The notes below the pieces were generated by a model that saw only the letters and a program-made list of their open reading frames with translations, did no database searches and was not told the DNA's origin. Of a stretch of 64,000 nt of DNA, positions 37,974 to 49,150 are shown piece after piece. The DNA comes from Nitrospirota bacterium (GTDB taxonomy: Bacteria; Nitrospirota; Thermodesulfovibrionia; Thermodesulfovibrionales; UBA9159). Every line of letters starts with the position of its first letter. Within the stretch, counting starts at the first letter, position 1. Position numbers and translations under genes: made by a program. The stretch spans positions 128,001 through 192,000 of the forward strand of contig CAVOUE010000005.1 in the NCBI GenBank assembly GCA_963699545.1, given 5' to 3'.

Positions 37974-40139
37974 GCGAGATCATCAACGTTAGCCGTCGTG
38001 ACTTCTTAAAGACCGGGGCGCTCGCTCGGGTCCGGACTGGTCATCGGCTTTTCCCTTCCTCTCCGTTATTCTCTTGCCGAAGGTGCAGCGCGGTCAACAC
38101 CCTTTATGCCGAATGCCTTTATCCGCATCGGTACCGACAGCAAGGTGACTATCATCGTCAACAAATCAGAGATGGGTCAGGGGGTATACACTTCACTCCC
38201 GATGCTTATCGCTGAGGAACTGGAATGCGACTGGAAGTCGGTGCGAGTCGAGGCGGCCTCGGTCGATCCGGCTTACAACCATACCGAATGGGGCAGTATG
38301 CAGGGGACCGGCGGAAGTTCGAGCGTTCGTTCGACCTGGAACCAGTTCCGTAAGGCTGGAGCTGCGGCACGCGTGATGCTTCTTGAAGCGGCGGCGAAGA
38401 CCTGGAAGGTTCATGCTGCGAGCTGCCGCGCCGAGAAGGGGTTTGTTATCCACGGTGCGACTGGAAGGAAGCTTGCCTATGGAAAGCTGGTAGGGAAAGC
38501 TGCGGGCATAAAGGCGCCCCAGGACGTTCCCTTGAAAGAGCCGAAGGACTTCAGTCTCATCGGCAAGGCAACAAGGCGTCTCGATACCCCGGAAAAGGTC
38601 AATGGAAAAGGGATCTTCGGTATCGATGCAAAGGTACCGGGAATGCTCACCGCTGTGGTCGTCCGGTCGCCTGTCTTCGGCGGCAAGGTGAAGAGTCTCA
38701 ATGCCGATAAGGCCAGGACCGTGCCCGGTGTCAGGAATGTCGTTCAGGTCAATTCCGGGGTTGCGGTCGTTGCAGAGCATTTCTGGCAGGCAAAGCGCGG
38801 CCGCGATGTCCTGGAGGTGACATGGGACGAAGGGGACAATACAAAGCTCTCCAGCCCGGAGATGCGTGAGGAATACGCAAAACTTGCCAAGGGCCCCGGT
38901 TCTGTGGCAAAGAAAAAAGGCGAGCCTGAGCAGGCTATGGCAAACGCTGCGAAACAGATCACTGCGGAGTATGAAGTCCCCTATCTCGCCCATGCCACGA
39001 TGGAGCCTCTGAACTGTCTCGTTGATCTGCGTGATGAGAGTTGTGAAATCTGGACCGGGACCCAGATGCAGACCAGTGACAGGAACGCCGCAGCAAAGAT
39101 CGCGGGGTTGAAACCTGAGCAGGTGAAGCTTTACACCACGCTTCTTGGCGGTGGTTTTGGCCGCCGCGCAAACCCCTATTCGGATTTCGTTGCCGAAGCG
39201 GTGCACGTGGCGAAGGCAATAAGAAAACCGGTTAAGGTGATCTGGACCCGGGAGGACGATATGAAAGGAGGTTATTACCGTCCGATGTGGTATGACCGGA
39301 TTGCGGCCGGACTTGATACCATCGGGAACCCCGTGGCCTGGCAGCACGCCATCGTGGGGCAATCAATCATAAGCGGAACTCCTTTTGAGAAGGCTATGTT
39401 GAAGGATGGCGTGGATGTAACTTCAGTAGAAGGCGCTCAGGACATTCCTTATGATATCCCCAATATCCTTGTCAGCCTGCATAGTCCAAAACTCGGCATA
39501 CCGGTGCTATGGTGGCGCTCGGTGGGACACTCCCATACCGCCTTTGTCGTCGAGAGCTTTCTCGACGAAGTCGCGCACGCTGGGGGGAAAGATCCCTATG
39601 AGTTCCGCCGTGCATTGCTCAAGGAACATCCGCGCCACAGGAACGTACTCGAACTTGCTGCACAAAAAGCAGGATGGGGGACGCCGCTGCCGGAGGGGCG
39701 GGCGCGCGGTATCGCGGTGCATGAATCTTTTGGCAGTTTCGTTGCCCAGGTAGCTGAGGTTTCGGTTGGGCCTACGGGAGGCGTGCGCGTCCATAGAGTG
39801 GTTTGCGTCATAGACTGCGGGAGATTTGTAAATCCGGACACGATAGAGGCCCAGATGGAGTCCGGAATTGTTTTTGGCCTCACCGCTGCGCTCTACGGTG
39901 AGATCACTTTCAAAGACGGCCGGGTGGTGCAGGGCAATTTCGATGATTACCCGATGCTGCGCATGAACGAAATGCCTCGGGTGGAAGTATATGTGATGCC
40001 GAGTCAGGAACAGCCTCAGGGCGTGGGAGAGCCCGGCGTCCCCCCCATTGCCCCTGCAGTCTGTAACGCCATATTCGCTGCCACGGGAAAGCGTGTCCGG
40101 CGCCTGCCCATCCGTACTGAGGAATTGAAGAGGGCTTGA
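37970..40139 (+). CDS. Xanthine-oxidase-family Mo-MCD large subunit (IorB-like; frameshift near 38028)
   Basis: Tat-like SRRDFLK start joins [47 protein letters not shown]. Confidence 0.88.
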
Positions 40140-40143
40140 ACAT

Positions 40144-40989
40144 ATGGAAATCTATGAGGAAGTGCTGCGTCTTAAGAAAGAGGGCAGGCCTTCTGCCCTC
40201 GCTACCATTGTCCAGTGCATCGGCTCATCCCCACAGAAGGAAGGGGCAAAAATGCTCGTAAGGGAGGACGGTTCCATCATAGGCACGCTTGGCGGCGGAT
40301 GTATCGAGGCGGAGGTGATCCAGGCCGCACTCATGGCGATAAGGGATGGAACTTCCCAGACCATCCCCTTTGAACTCACAGAAAAAGAAGGCGGCCTCGT
40401 CTGCGGTGGCAAGGTGCTTGTGTACATCGAGCCTGTAATTCCGGAACCCCGCCTCATAGTCCTTGGCGCGGGACACGTCGGCAAGGCATTGTCGAAAATC
40501 GCGAGCTTCTCCGGTTTCAAAGTGACCGTGGTCGACGACCGACCGGAATATGCGAACAGGGAGTTTCTTCCAGATGCGGACGAGGTCATTGTTGCCAATT
40601 TTGAGGGCGTCTTCGAGAAAGCGGCTCTGGATAGGAGCGCATACATCGTGATTGCAACCCGGGGGCATAACCACGACTTGGATGCGCTGAAGGCTGCGTT
40701 GAGAACTGATGCGCGGTACGTCGGACTCATGGGAAGCAGGAGAAAAAAGGCCCTCATATTCAAGGCCTTGGAAAAGGAAGGATTCTCCGGGGACGACATC
40801 GGCAGGGTCATCATCCCTGTAGGGCTTCCCATAAGTTCCGTCACCCCCGAGGAGATTGCCGTGAGCATCATGGCACAAATCATCCAGCAGAGGAGAGAAA
40901 ATGGACCAGCGCGTTTCGGCAATCCTTCTTGCAGCAGGCTCATCCCTGAGGATGGGCCTGCTGAAGCAGCTCCTGCCCATAAAGGATAG
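40144..40989 (+). CDS. xdhC: XdhC/CoxI Moco chaperone
   Basis: [46 protein letters not shown]. Confidence 0.9.
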   Translation: MEIYEEVLRLKKEGRPSALATIVQCIGSSPQKEGAKMLVREDGSIIGTLGGGCIEAEVIQAALMAIRDGTSQTIPFELTEKEGGLVCGGKVLVYIEPVIPEPRLIVLGAGHVGKALSKIASFSGFKVTVVDDRPEYANREFLPDADEVIVANFEGVFEKAALDRSAYIVIATRGHNHDLDALKAALRTDARYVGLMGSRRKKALIFKALEKEGFSGDDIGRVIIPVGLPISSVTPEEIAVSIMAQIIQQRRENGPARFGNPSCSRLIPEDGPAEAAPAHKG

Positions 40990-41491
40990 ACCCGCCGTCA
41001 GACATTGTGCGGAAACCCTTATCTCTTCAGGAATCACGGACGTGGTCGTTGTCCTCGCTCCGTTCGGGCGAGCTATTAAAGGGGCGATCAATGACCTTCC
41101 GCTGAATATCGTCTTCAATGAAGATTCCGAAAGCGAGATGGCTGATTCGGTGCGGTCCGGTCTTCGCGGACTTGATCCTTCGTCCACAGGAATACTCATC
41201 TGCCTGTGCGATCATCCACTGGTGTCTTCGGAGACGGTAAAGACCCTCATCCGCTTTCATGGGGAATTCCCTGACTGGATCTTCGTCCCCGCATACAACG
41301 GGAAGAGGGGCCACCCCACGCTCTTTCCGGCAGCAGCGATAGCAGAAATGACGAAAGGAATCGCCTTGAGGGACGTGATACGCAAAAATCCGGAAAGGGT
41401 GCGCCAGGTCGACGTTGCTGACGAGGGGGTTGTTCTTGATATGGATACGATGGAGGATTACCGAATGATTTCCCGAAGAGCCCTCTCGTAG
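40901..41491 (+). CDS. mocA: Molybdenum cofactor cytidylyltransferase-like nucleotidyltransferase
   Basis: [35 protein letters not shown]; follows xdhC. Confidence 0.85.
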   Translation: MDQRVSAILLAAGSSLRMGLLKQLLPIKDRPAVRHCAETLISSGITDVVVVLAPFGRAIKGAINDLPLNIVFNEDSESEMADSVRSGLRGLDPSSTGILICLCDHPLVSSETVKTLIRFHGEFPDWIFVPAYNGKRGHPTLFPAAAIAEMTKGIALRDVIRKNPERVRQVDVADEGVVLDMDTMEDYRMISRRALS

Positions 41492-41641
41492 TTCTGCGTT
41501 CTTTCCTCAACATCGGCTTCGTAGGTGAAGTTGCGCGCCGTACGCACGACGCCACTGCATCCGACATCTTTCTTTAGGAAATATGCCGCTCCTTCAGCAT
41601 CAGGGCTTGTACAAATAGAGAACGCGTGCGATAATAGTCCG

Positions 41642-42800
41642 ATGGATATGGCACAGTTCCTCGGCTATTGCGAACAGCTGGAAAACAGGCAGGCCTTCAT
41701 GTATGAGAAGCTGAGCCGTTCCTTTTCGTCCGACGAGAACGCATCCCATTTCTTCGGCAAGTTGGGCATGGATGAAACAGCTCATCTTGACGCAGTCCAG
41801 AAAATGAGGACAATGGCTGCGAAAGATCTTCACGCATTTACAGAGGTGAGAGTAGATACTGATGAAATAAAAAGGATCTTGGCCAGATCAAACTATGTTC
41901 TCCACCGCGAAACTTTCACTTGCCGAAGTCTTGAACCAATGCTGCTGGATTGAGAAGAACGTGGCTGAACTATATATTATCGCGGCGTTGCAGCAATCCA
42001 ACCGCAAGACTGTTGAAGCCCTGATAGGCATCGGCGAGGTCTTTCGAGAACACTATATCTCTCTGTTTGATTACATTGAAAAAAGAGAGATCGCCATTGC
42101 TTTAGTGGACAGTGAGAAGAGGAGTCAGCTAAGAATTCCCTATAATGAGAACATCATGGTCAATGAAACAATGATGTTCAAGGCTGTCGATCTGAGCGAA
42201 GGAGGCATTTTCTTGATTGCCGGCAGATTTTTACAGCCCGGGAGCATCTTGCGCCTTGAACTCCCCATTAAGAACCGGAGGCTCAGCGTAAATGCGACAG
42301 TGAAGTTCAGCAGGAAGGGAGTTGGGGCCGGACTTAAATTCGTCAATCTGACTCCGGAACAAAAGAGCCTGATCAAGGAGCATATTGATACCGTTGCACG
42401 TACTTATTCCGTGAACGAGCTGGCCAAGAAGAAGATCCTGTTCATAAGAAATGTCCGATACCCGTCAAGCATCATGCATATGTATATCTCGAGTCTCATC
42501 GAGGGAGGCTTTTCCGTTCTGGATGTACAGGACATCTCTGAGGCCGTCCATCTGCTGGGCGAAAGACATCAGGTGAGGTTCATTATCTTGGCGGTCGCAT
42601 CAGCTGATGATCCTAATTACACCCTTTTGTCATACATCAAAGAATTCAAGGAATATAAAGCGGTGCCTGTAATGGTAATCTCCTTGAACAGCAGTCCCGC
42701 CTTCGAAAAAATGGTTCTTGAGGCCGGCGCAGACCGATACCTGACAAAATTGTCAACTCCTCCCAACAAGCTTCTCGAAATACTGCAGGCCTACCCATAA
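41642..42800 (+). CDS. Ferritin/rubrerythrin-like + PilZ + receiver-like multidomain protein (frameshift near 41900)
   Basis: N-part EQLENRQAFMY..DETAH; C-part EKRSQLR and DLSEGG (PilZ), then a receiver fold ending AGADRYLTK. Confidence 0.6.
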
Positions 42801-42852
42801 AAAGGCCCGCAATGAAGAGGGAGGGGCGTAGGTGGCGCGCCGAATGCACGGA

Positions 42853-44103
42853 CTAGAAGAGCACGACCTCCACGGTTTCCCCTTCTTCTATTCCTCTGGC
42901 CTGGGAAGGTACCACCACGGTGCCGTCAGCCATAACGAGGGTCCGTATCAGACCTGATTTCCCCAGCACAGGTTCCGCCCAGAGCTCCCCGTACCTCTCT
43001 TGCAGGGCAACCCTGATGTGTTCCTCCCTGCCTGCACCGGAAGAGACATTTCTCGCCATTCTCGCTTTCACCGTTCTCTGTTTCAGATATCCTTTCTCGC
43101 CGATACCGGTGAGCATTTCCAGCACAGGCCTTATGAAAAGATCGAAGCAGACCGTCACCGCAGCGGGATGGCCCGGCAGACCGTACACGGGTATGCCGTT
43201 CACGACCCCGCCTATGGTCGGCTTCCCCGGCTTCAGGGTAACCCCGTGAAAGATCACGCCGGGAGAACCGAGGCTGTCTATGACCTTAGCGGTCATATCC
43301 ATCGTCCCCACAGAACTGCCCCCCGTAATAATAGCCACAGAGGATTCTTTCAGGGATTCCTCAAGGGCAGCCCGGATGTCGGCATACACGTCCCTGAATA
43401 TGCCCTTCCTGAGGGGTATGCCTCCGCTCTCAAGGATCAGGCCCGCAAGATTGTATGAGTTGATGTCCCGCACCTGGCCCGGAAGAAGGGAGCTGCCTGC
43501 AGGCACGATCTCGTCGCCTGTCGAAATGATGGAGACCTTCGGTTTCTCATACACTGTCACTGCGGTGACACCGATACCGGCAAGCGCTGCAACGTCCTGG
43601 GGCCTGAGCCTGTGACCTCTCTTCAAAATGAGGTCGCCTTTCCTCACATCTTCACCTGCGGCAATGATATTCTCTCCCGGCGCCACAGGCTTCAGGACCT
43701 CTATCAGTCCTTGGTGTGCGCACTGCACATGCTCCAGCATCACCACGGCATCGCTGCCTTCCGGGACCATCCCGCCGGTGGGTATCTTTGCGGCCGTACC
43801 CCTTTTCACGGAGAATTCAGGCTTCTCTCCCATGAAAATCTCATGGGCGACGTTCAGATAGGCGGGGAGGCCCTCCGTTGCGCCGAAGGTATCTGCTGCC
43901 GCAACGGCAAAACCGTCAACAGTGGAACGGGGGAAGGAGGGAGATCCTCAGAAGAAAATATTTCGCCGGCCAGAACTCTGGTATAGGAGTTCTCCGATCG
44001 GCACAAGAAGCGAAGCTGGCTCTCTGAAGGTGGAATGTTCTGCCATGCGCCTCTGCGCCTCGCCCACGGAAATGGAGTTTTCTCTCCCCAGCATATCGCG
44101 CAT
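42853..44103 (-). CDS. moeA: Molybdopterin molybdotransferase MoeA (several frameshifts at 43925-44000)
   Basis: MRDMLGRE start; RSTVDGFAV, IPTGGMVPEGSDAVVMLEH, STGDEI, TGGSSVG, KPGKP, GLPGHP. Confidence 0.88.
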
Positions 44104-44144
44104 GGTTCAAAAAAGAGAGCTCGAAGGTTCGGGGATTCGGGGGT

Positions 44145-44903
44145 TCAAATGAACACGTGGCAACCTAGCTGGCGGATGTTCACCATCGGACTCTGGTTGA
44201 TGACATCAGAGTCCCTTCCCTTACAGAGGACGTCCACCATCCTGTCGACGGATTCTATCTGCAGACGCTGGATATTCTTCCGAGTGAGAGTCGTGGGGTC
44301 AACCGCATTCCGCTGGATGAAGTTGCCCAACCGTTCCTTGTTAAAACAGGACAGGAGCAGCATACCCCTGAATATCCTCTTGTTCGTCTTGAAGGAAAAA
44401 AAGGCACTCTCCAGGGACTGTTCGAGGAAGATGTCGTTCCTCGTCTGGACCTTCCGGTCAATGGTGATCGCCTGTATCCAGTACTTCTTGTCGATAATGC
44501 TGTCTGCACGCAATTCCACGAGCGTATGTCCTATGTTCCTCTTTGTGTTCGTGAAACTCCCATGGGCAACGGTATCCGCAGCGAGATGGCTCATATACCC
44601 GTACACAAAAGCCTTTTGCTGCTGGGTCTTCGCAGAATCCAGAAGGCTTAGCCCCACCTCCCAGCTGTGAGGGTTCTTGTCCTCAGGGAGAAACTTCTTC
44701 CCGATAATGATATCCGCCATGAGGTTGCCGTAAAGGAAATCATGCCGGTATTTCCTGATGAGGGCGTACACCCCAGCCGGCAGAAACGAGCCCAGGGAGA
44801 ATAACTCGCTTCCGAGATAAACATGGGTGAGAGGTCCCCATGCAAATGCAAAGGACGGTATCAAAAGAAACGACAGTATGAGCAGGAACTTAAATATCTT
44901 CAT
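44145..44903 (-). CDS. Zinc-dependent phospholipase C family protein
   Basis: Signal peptide then WGPLTH, GNLMAD, GYMSHLAADTVAH, HTLVE. Confidence 0.78.
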   Translation of the reverse strand: MKIFKFLLILSFLLIPSFAFAWGPLTHVYLGSELFSLGSFLPAGVYALIRKYRHDFLYGNLMADIIIGKKFLPEDKNPHSWEVGLSLLDSAKTQQQKAFVYGYMSHLAADTVAHGSFTNTKRNIGHTLVELRADSIIDKKYWIQAITIDRKVQTRNDIFLEQSLESAFFSFKTNKRIFRGMLLLSCFNKERLGNFIQRNAVDPTTLTRKNIQRLQIESVDRMVDVLCKGRDSDVINQSPMVNIRQLGCHVFI

Positions 44904-46360
44904 CGAATCTCCTTCAAAAAATTTAGCAAAAGTCTTACGCCGACCCCAGTGGGTCCTTTCCCTATATACGGCCTGTCCTTCTCGGTCCATGCGGTGCCGG
45001 CAATGTCAAGATGTACCCAGCGGGTGTCGCCTGCAAACTCCTTCAGAAAATATCCTGCCGTGACCAGGGACCCTGTCTTCCCGCCTGAATTCTTGATATC
45101 CGCAACATCACTCTTAATATAATCCAAGTACTCCTCATAGAGGGGCATCTGCCACACCCTCTCGTATACCTCTTCACCGGCGGCCTTCAGACGCTCCATA
45201 AGGCGGTTGTCATTGCCCATCATGGCGACCGCCTCATTTCCCAGGGCCACGGAACATGCGCCGGTCAACGTGGCTACATCTATTATAAACCTCGGCGCTA
45301 TTTTTTTCACGTATTCGATGGCATCGGCAAGGACAAGTCTTCCTTCCGCATCGGTGCTGATGATCTCCACTGTCTTGCCGCCCATGGAACGCACAACGTC
45401 GCCCGGCTTTGATGCGCTGCCGCCGGGGAGGTTTTCCGCAGCAGGGAGCACACCGATGAGGTTCACCGGAAGCCGCATTTCAGCCGCAGCCTTGATCACC
45501 GCAAGGACCACGGCCCCGCCTGCCATATCATATTTCATTTTTTCCATGCCTTCGCCGGGTTTGATCGAGATGCCCCCGCTGTCAAAGGTTATGGACTTCC
45601 CGATAAGGGCGATGGGGGCTCCCCTTCCGCCATGATAGTTCAGGACAATGAATTTCGGCGGCTCCGCAGAACCCCGGGCGACCGAGAGGTAGGCACCCAT
45701 GCCTATCCTTTCTGCTTCTTTCCTGTCAAGGACCTCCAGCGATACCTTGCCCCTGGCAATGCCCCGGGCAGTTTTCGCCAGCACCGTCGGCGTCATGTCA
45801 TTGGCCGGGGTATTGATCAGATCACGGGCGAAATTCACTGCCGATACCGTTGCCACCAGCCTGCTCACCGCACTGAAGAGTGACTTGCGCGGCCTTCCGA
45901 TCAGCGTGAGTCTCTCCAAGCCGACGGTGTCCTCTTTGTCGTGTTTGTATTTCTTAAACTTATACAAGGAGAGAAGACCCCCCTCCACAAAGGGGAGCGG
46001 GGATTGACGCAATGCGTTCATATGTCGTGAGGAAAGGCAAATATCCCTGAAACCCAGGCCTGAGAGATAAGAGACGGCCTTCCCTCCCGAATGGCGTATC
46101 TTCTCGGCATTCACCTCTTTCTTGTTCCCCATCCCTGCGAGGAGTATCCTGTCGGGTTTGATCATGTTCCCGGTGTGCACGAGGGATATCTGGCCGAGCT
46201 TCCCCTTGAACTCTCCCGATGATATGACCCTGCGGATGAGCCCCTTCAATGGGGCATCGATCTCTTTGTAGGACTCCGCGCTCTCCCCCTCGCAAAGCGG
46301 CAGGATGAGGGCATCGGAACTACAGTCTGCTTCTTTTATGTCCTTAATAATGATGTCCAT
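44900..46360 (-). CDS. pepA: Leucyl aminopeptidase
   Basis: GKSITFDSGG..MKYDMAG..STDAEGRLVLAD..ATLTGA..HLDIAG. Confidence 0.95.
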   Translation of the reverse strand: MDIIIKDIKEADCSSDALILPLCEGESAESYKEIDAPLKGLIRRVISSGEFKGKLGQISLVHTGNMIKPDRILLAGMGNKKEVNAEKIRHSGGKAVSYLSGLGFRDICLSSRHMNALRQSPLPFVEGGLLSLYKFKKYKHDKEDTVGLERLTLIGRPRKSLFSAVSRLVATVSAVNFARDLINTPANDMTPTVLAKTARGIARGKVSLEVLDRKEAERIGMGAYLSVARGSAEPPKFIVLNYHGGRGAPIALIGKSITFDSGGISIKPGEGMEKMKYDMAGGAVVLAVIKAAAEMRLPVNLIGVLPAAENLPGGSASKPGDVVRSMGGKTVEIISTDAEGRLVLADAIEYVKKIAPRFIIDVATLTGACSVALGNEAVAMMGNDNRLMERLKAAGEEVYERVWQMPLYEEYLDYIKSDVADIKNSGGKTGSLVTAGYFLKEFAGDTRWVHLDIAGTAWTEKDRPYIGKGPTGVGVRLLLNFLKEIR

Positions 46361-46504
46361 GGCTCAAATGCTAATTCAATATTTTACCATAACCGGATGC
46401 CCCGGCGCGCAAGGAAACCAGAGAACAATCTCGTCCCTTCATTCCAGGTTGACTATCTTTTTGCTTTTATGTTAGGTTGTAAAATCACTTTTTCAGGAGA
46501 ACAT

Positions 46505-47198
46505 ATGACGCGCAAGAAACCACAGAAGGCACAGAAAAAGATTGCGAAGACAAAAACCGTTCTCCAGGGCAACGTCTCCGAAGAAAACGGCGGTAAAAAT
46601 AACGAAGAAAACAAAGACCGCCCTAAAGAGCAGAAAAACTTCTGCAAAGACGAAGAAGACAACAAAACTTGCGCTCAAGGTTCCTGCAGCCAGGACCACA
46701 AAAAAGGAAGTGAGGAAAAGAACGGCTTCAAAGGTCCAGGCGGCAAAGGTCGCTCCAAAAAAGCCGGCTTGCAGGCCTGTTGCGGTAATGCAGCGCGTTG
46801 AAAAAAAACCGGCGCCTGCGCTCAAAAAGAAGCTCGGCCCCAGGGAGCGGAAGATCCAGGAGATTAAGAAGACCCTCCTCATGCAGAAGAGCGAGCTTCT
46901 GAACGAAGCCGAGGAAGCCCTCAATGCGCTGCCTGGCCAGACCATATTCCCTGACATGGGTGATCAGGCCAGTGCGGAGATCGACAGGAACTTCATGCTG
47001 CGCCTCAGGGGAAGGGAACAGAGGCTTCTTAAGAAGATAGAGCAGGCAATAGAGAAGATCGACAGTGGCGCCTTCGGTATCTGCGATGTCTGCGGAGAGG
47101 AAATAAACTTAAAGCGCCTCGAGGCAAGGCCGGTCACCAACATGTGCATCTTCTGCAAGACCGAGCAGGAGGAAGAGGAAAAACTGAGGGGGAAATAG
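46505..47198 (+). CDS. dksA: DksA with long Lys/Ala/Thr-rich N-terminal extension (frameshift in A-run near 46555)
   Basis: RBS AGGAG and ATG 46505; DMGDQASAE, CDVCGEEI..RLEARP..CIFCK zinc finger. Confidence 0.85.
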
Positions 47199-47206
47199 CC
47201 GCCTCC

Positions 47207-48001
47207 CTATCCCTTTATCTCCAGACCATACCTGTCCCTTAATCCATCTCCCAGCATATTAAAGCAGAGGGCAGTGAGCGCGATAGCAAGGCCCGGGAAG
47301 AAGACAGTCCAGGGGGCCGACATGATAAATACCCTGTTTGCGCTCACCATCGAGCCCCAACTCGGCATAGGCGGCTGGGCCCCCAGACCCAGGAAGCTCA
47401 GGGATGCTTCAGTCAGGATATACCCCCCCAGCTTCAGCCCCATCATCACGATCACCAGGGGAATGCACTGCGGGAGGAGATGCACAAAAAGGATCCTTCC
47501 GTTGCTGCAGCCGATCGCCCTTGCTGCCTCGATGAACAACGCCTCCCGGGAAGAAAGGACATGTCCCCTCACCAGCCTTGCAATGGAAGCCCATCCCACC
47601 GACGCTATCGCGATCATCACTGTGTAGATTCCGGGGGGAAGGATCACGGATATCCCTATTGCCAAAAGCAGGGAAGGGAAGGCAAGGATAAAGTCCACAA
47701 TGAGCATTATGGAAGTATCTGTTTTCCCCCCCACGTATCCTGAGACCAGCCCGACCATCAGACCTATGCCCATTGACAGGACAGCAGCGACCGCGGCAAC
47801 CGAAAGGGATATCCTTCCTCCGTACAGGACCCTTGAAAGAATGTCCCTGCCCTTGTTATCGGTGCCGAGGGGGTGACGAAGGCTGGGTGACTCCTTCAAC
47901 TCGTCCAGGTTCACCTCTTCCGGATCGTAGGAAGAGAGGAACGGCGCAAAGACCGAAGCCATCATTATTACCACCAGCACTGAGACAATAGCCTTAATCA
48001 T
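47207..48001 (-). CDS. Peptide/nickel ABC permease (DppC/OppC family)
   Basis: HPLGTDNKGRDILSR..FIEAARAIG..LSFLGLG..PSWG. Confidence 0.92.
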   Translation of the reverse strand: MIKAIVSVLVVIMMASVFAPFLSSYDPEEVNLDELKESPSLRHPLGTDNKGRDILSRVLYGGRISLSVAAVAAVLSMGIGLMVGLVSGYVGGKTDTSIMLIVDFILAFPSLLLAIGISVILPPGIYTVMIAIASVGWASIARLVRGHVLSSREALFIEAARAIGCSNGRILFVHLLPQCIPLVIVMMGLKLGGYILTEASLSFLGLGAQPPMPSWGSMVSANRVFIMSAPWTVFFPGLAIALTALCFNMLGDGLRDRYGLEIKG

Positions 48002-48926
48002 TTCCCGTGTAGAGCCTCACTCTCGGATCAAGATAATGGTAGAGGATATCCACCATGAGATTAATGAGAACATAGACAGTCGTGCCCACGATAATACATC
48101 CCATGATCACCGGATAATCCCTCTTTATGATCCCTTCCATGGCGAATCTGCCGATGCCGTCCCATCCGAAGATCGTCTCGGTCAGAACAGCGCCGTTGAG
48201 GTAGCTCCCGAAATCCAGCCCTATCACCGTAACCAGGGGAATGAGGGCGTTTTTGAAGACGTGAATGAATTTCACTCTCCCCTCGGTCAATCCCTTCGCC
48301 CTGGCAGTCCTGACATAAGGCATGCCGAAGAGATCGATGAGGGTCGTCCTCGAGATCCGGGTGAGAGTGGCAAGGGCAGGAAGGGCAAGGGTGAGGGAAG
48401 GCATGATGAGGAACCTGATGTCCCCCATGCCTGAGGGCGGAAGCATCCTCAGTTTCATGCTGAAAAAAAGCATGATCAAAAGCCCTGACCAGAACACTGG
48501 GAGACTCAGACCGATGACGGAAAGGGAAGAAATTCCCCGGTCAATAACGGTCCCCCTTTTCACGGCGGAGACAAAACCGAGGAGAATACCCGCAGGCACC
48601 GCAATCAACATCGCGCCTGCCGCAAGGAGCAGGGTATTCGGGAACTTCGCCGCGATGTCACTGCTCACTTGTCTGTTGGTGTAGTAGGAACGCCCGAACT
48701 CTCCCTTCAAAAGCAGCTTCACGTAACCCATATACTGAACAAGGAAGCTCTTATCAGTGTTCAGCTCTTTTCGTATGCTCTCGATCACCTCGGGGCTCGC
48801 CCTCTCACCCACCATGCTCAGGGCAGGATCACCGGGAAGGGCTTTTGTGAGGGAAAAGGTGAGCATGGTTATCCCAAGCAGGAGGGGGATGAGAAGAAGA
48901 AGCCGTCTGAGGATATATCCTTTAAT
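47994..48926 (-). CDS. Peptide/nickel ABC permease (DppB/OppB family)
   Basis: GYILRRL..LPGDPA..YVRTARAKGL..ETIFGWDGIG..RDYPVI..LDPR. The frame extends to ATT at 48926 after RBS GGAGGT. Confidence 0.9.
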   Translation of the reverse strand: MKGYILRRLLLLIPLLLGITMLTFSLTKALPGDPALSMVGERASPEVIESIRKELNTDKSFLVQYMGYVKLLLKGEFGRSYYTNRQVSSDIAAKFPNTLLLAAGAMLIAVPAGILLGFVSAVKRGTVIDRGISSLSVIGLSLPVFWSGLLIMLFFSMKLRMLPPSGMGDIRFLIMPSLTLALPALATLTRISRTTLIDLFGMPYVRTARAKGLTEGRVKFIHVFKNALIPLVTVIGLDFGSYLNGAVLTETIFGWDGIGRFAMEGIIKRDYPVIMGCIIVGTTVYVLINLMVDILYHYLDPRVRLYTGND

Positions 48927-48997
48927 GAGTACCTCCCAAGAACTCCAATGGCGAATATCTAAATTCTAAACAAATACCGGATTTAAATCCACTTGCC

Positions 48998-49026
48998 TTG
49001 ACAGGGTCCAAGCCCGTTGTTAGAAT
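48998..49026 (+). promoter_or_regulatory. Near-consensus sigma70 promoter
   Basis: TTGACA-N17-TAGAAT. Confidence 0.65.
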
Positions 49027-49150
49027 AAGCCATCCACAAGGGGGTGGACAAAATTGGGGTAAATGTCTGTGATAGTCCAAGAAGTTTTTCCTTCCTTTTT
49101 TCTTCCCGCCCTACCCTTCAAACATCATTCTCTCGTTACGTCATTCGCCA

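Noticed and set aside
38193-41199. Long antisense ORFs (38193-39362, 40152-40943, 40225-41199) and similar ones elsewhere such as 31513-32520
   Set aside because: They lie opposite well-supported genes, lack motifs, and are expected in GC-rich coding DNA.
46397-46957. ORFs 46397-46801 (+) and 46493-46957 (-) as separate genes
   Set aside because: They are alternative-frame and antisense shadows of the low-complexity dksA 5' region.
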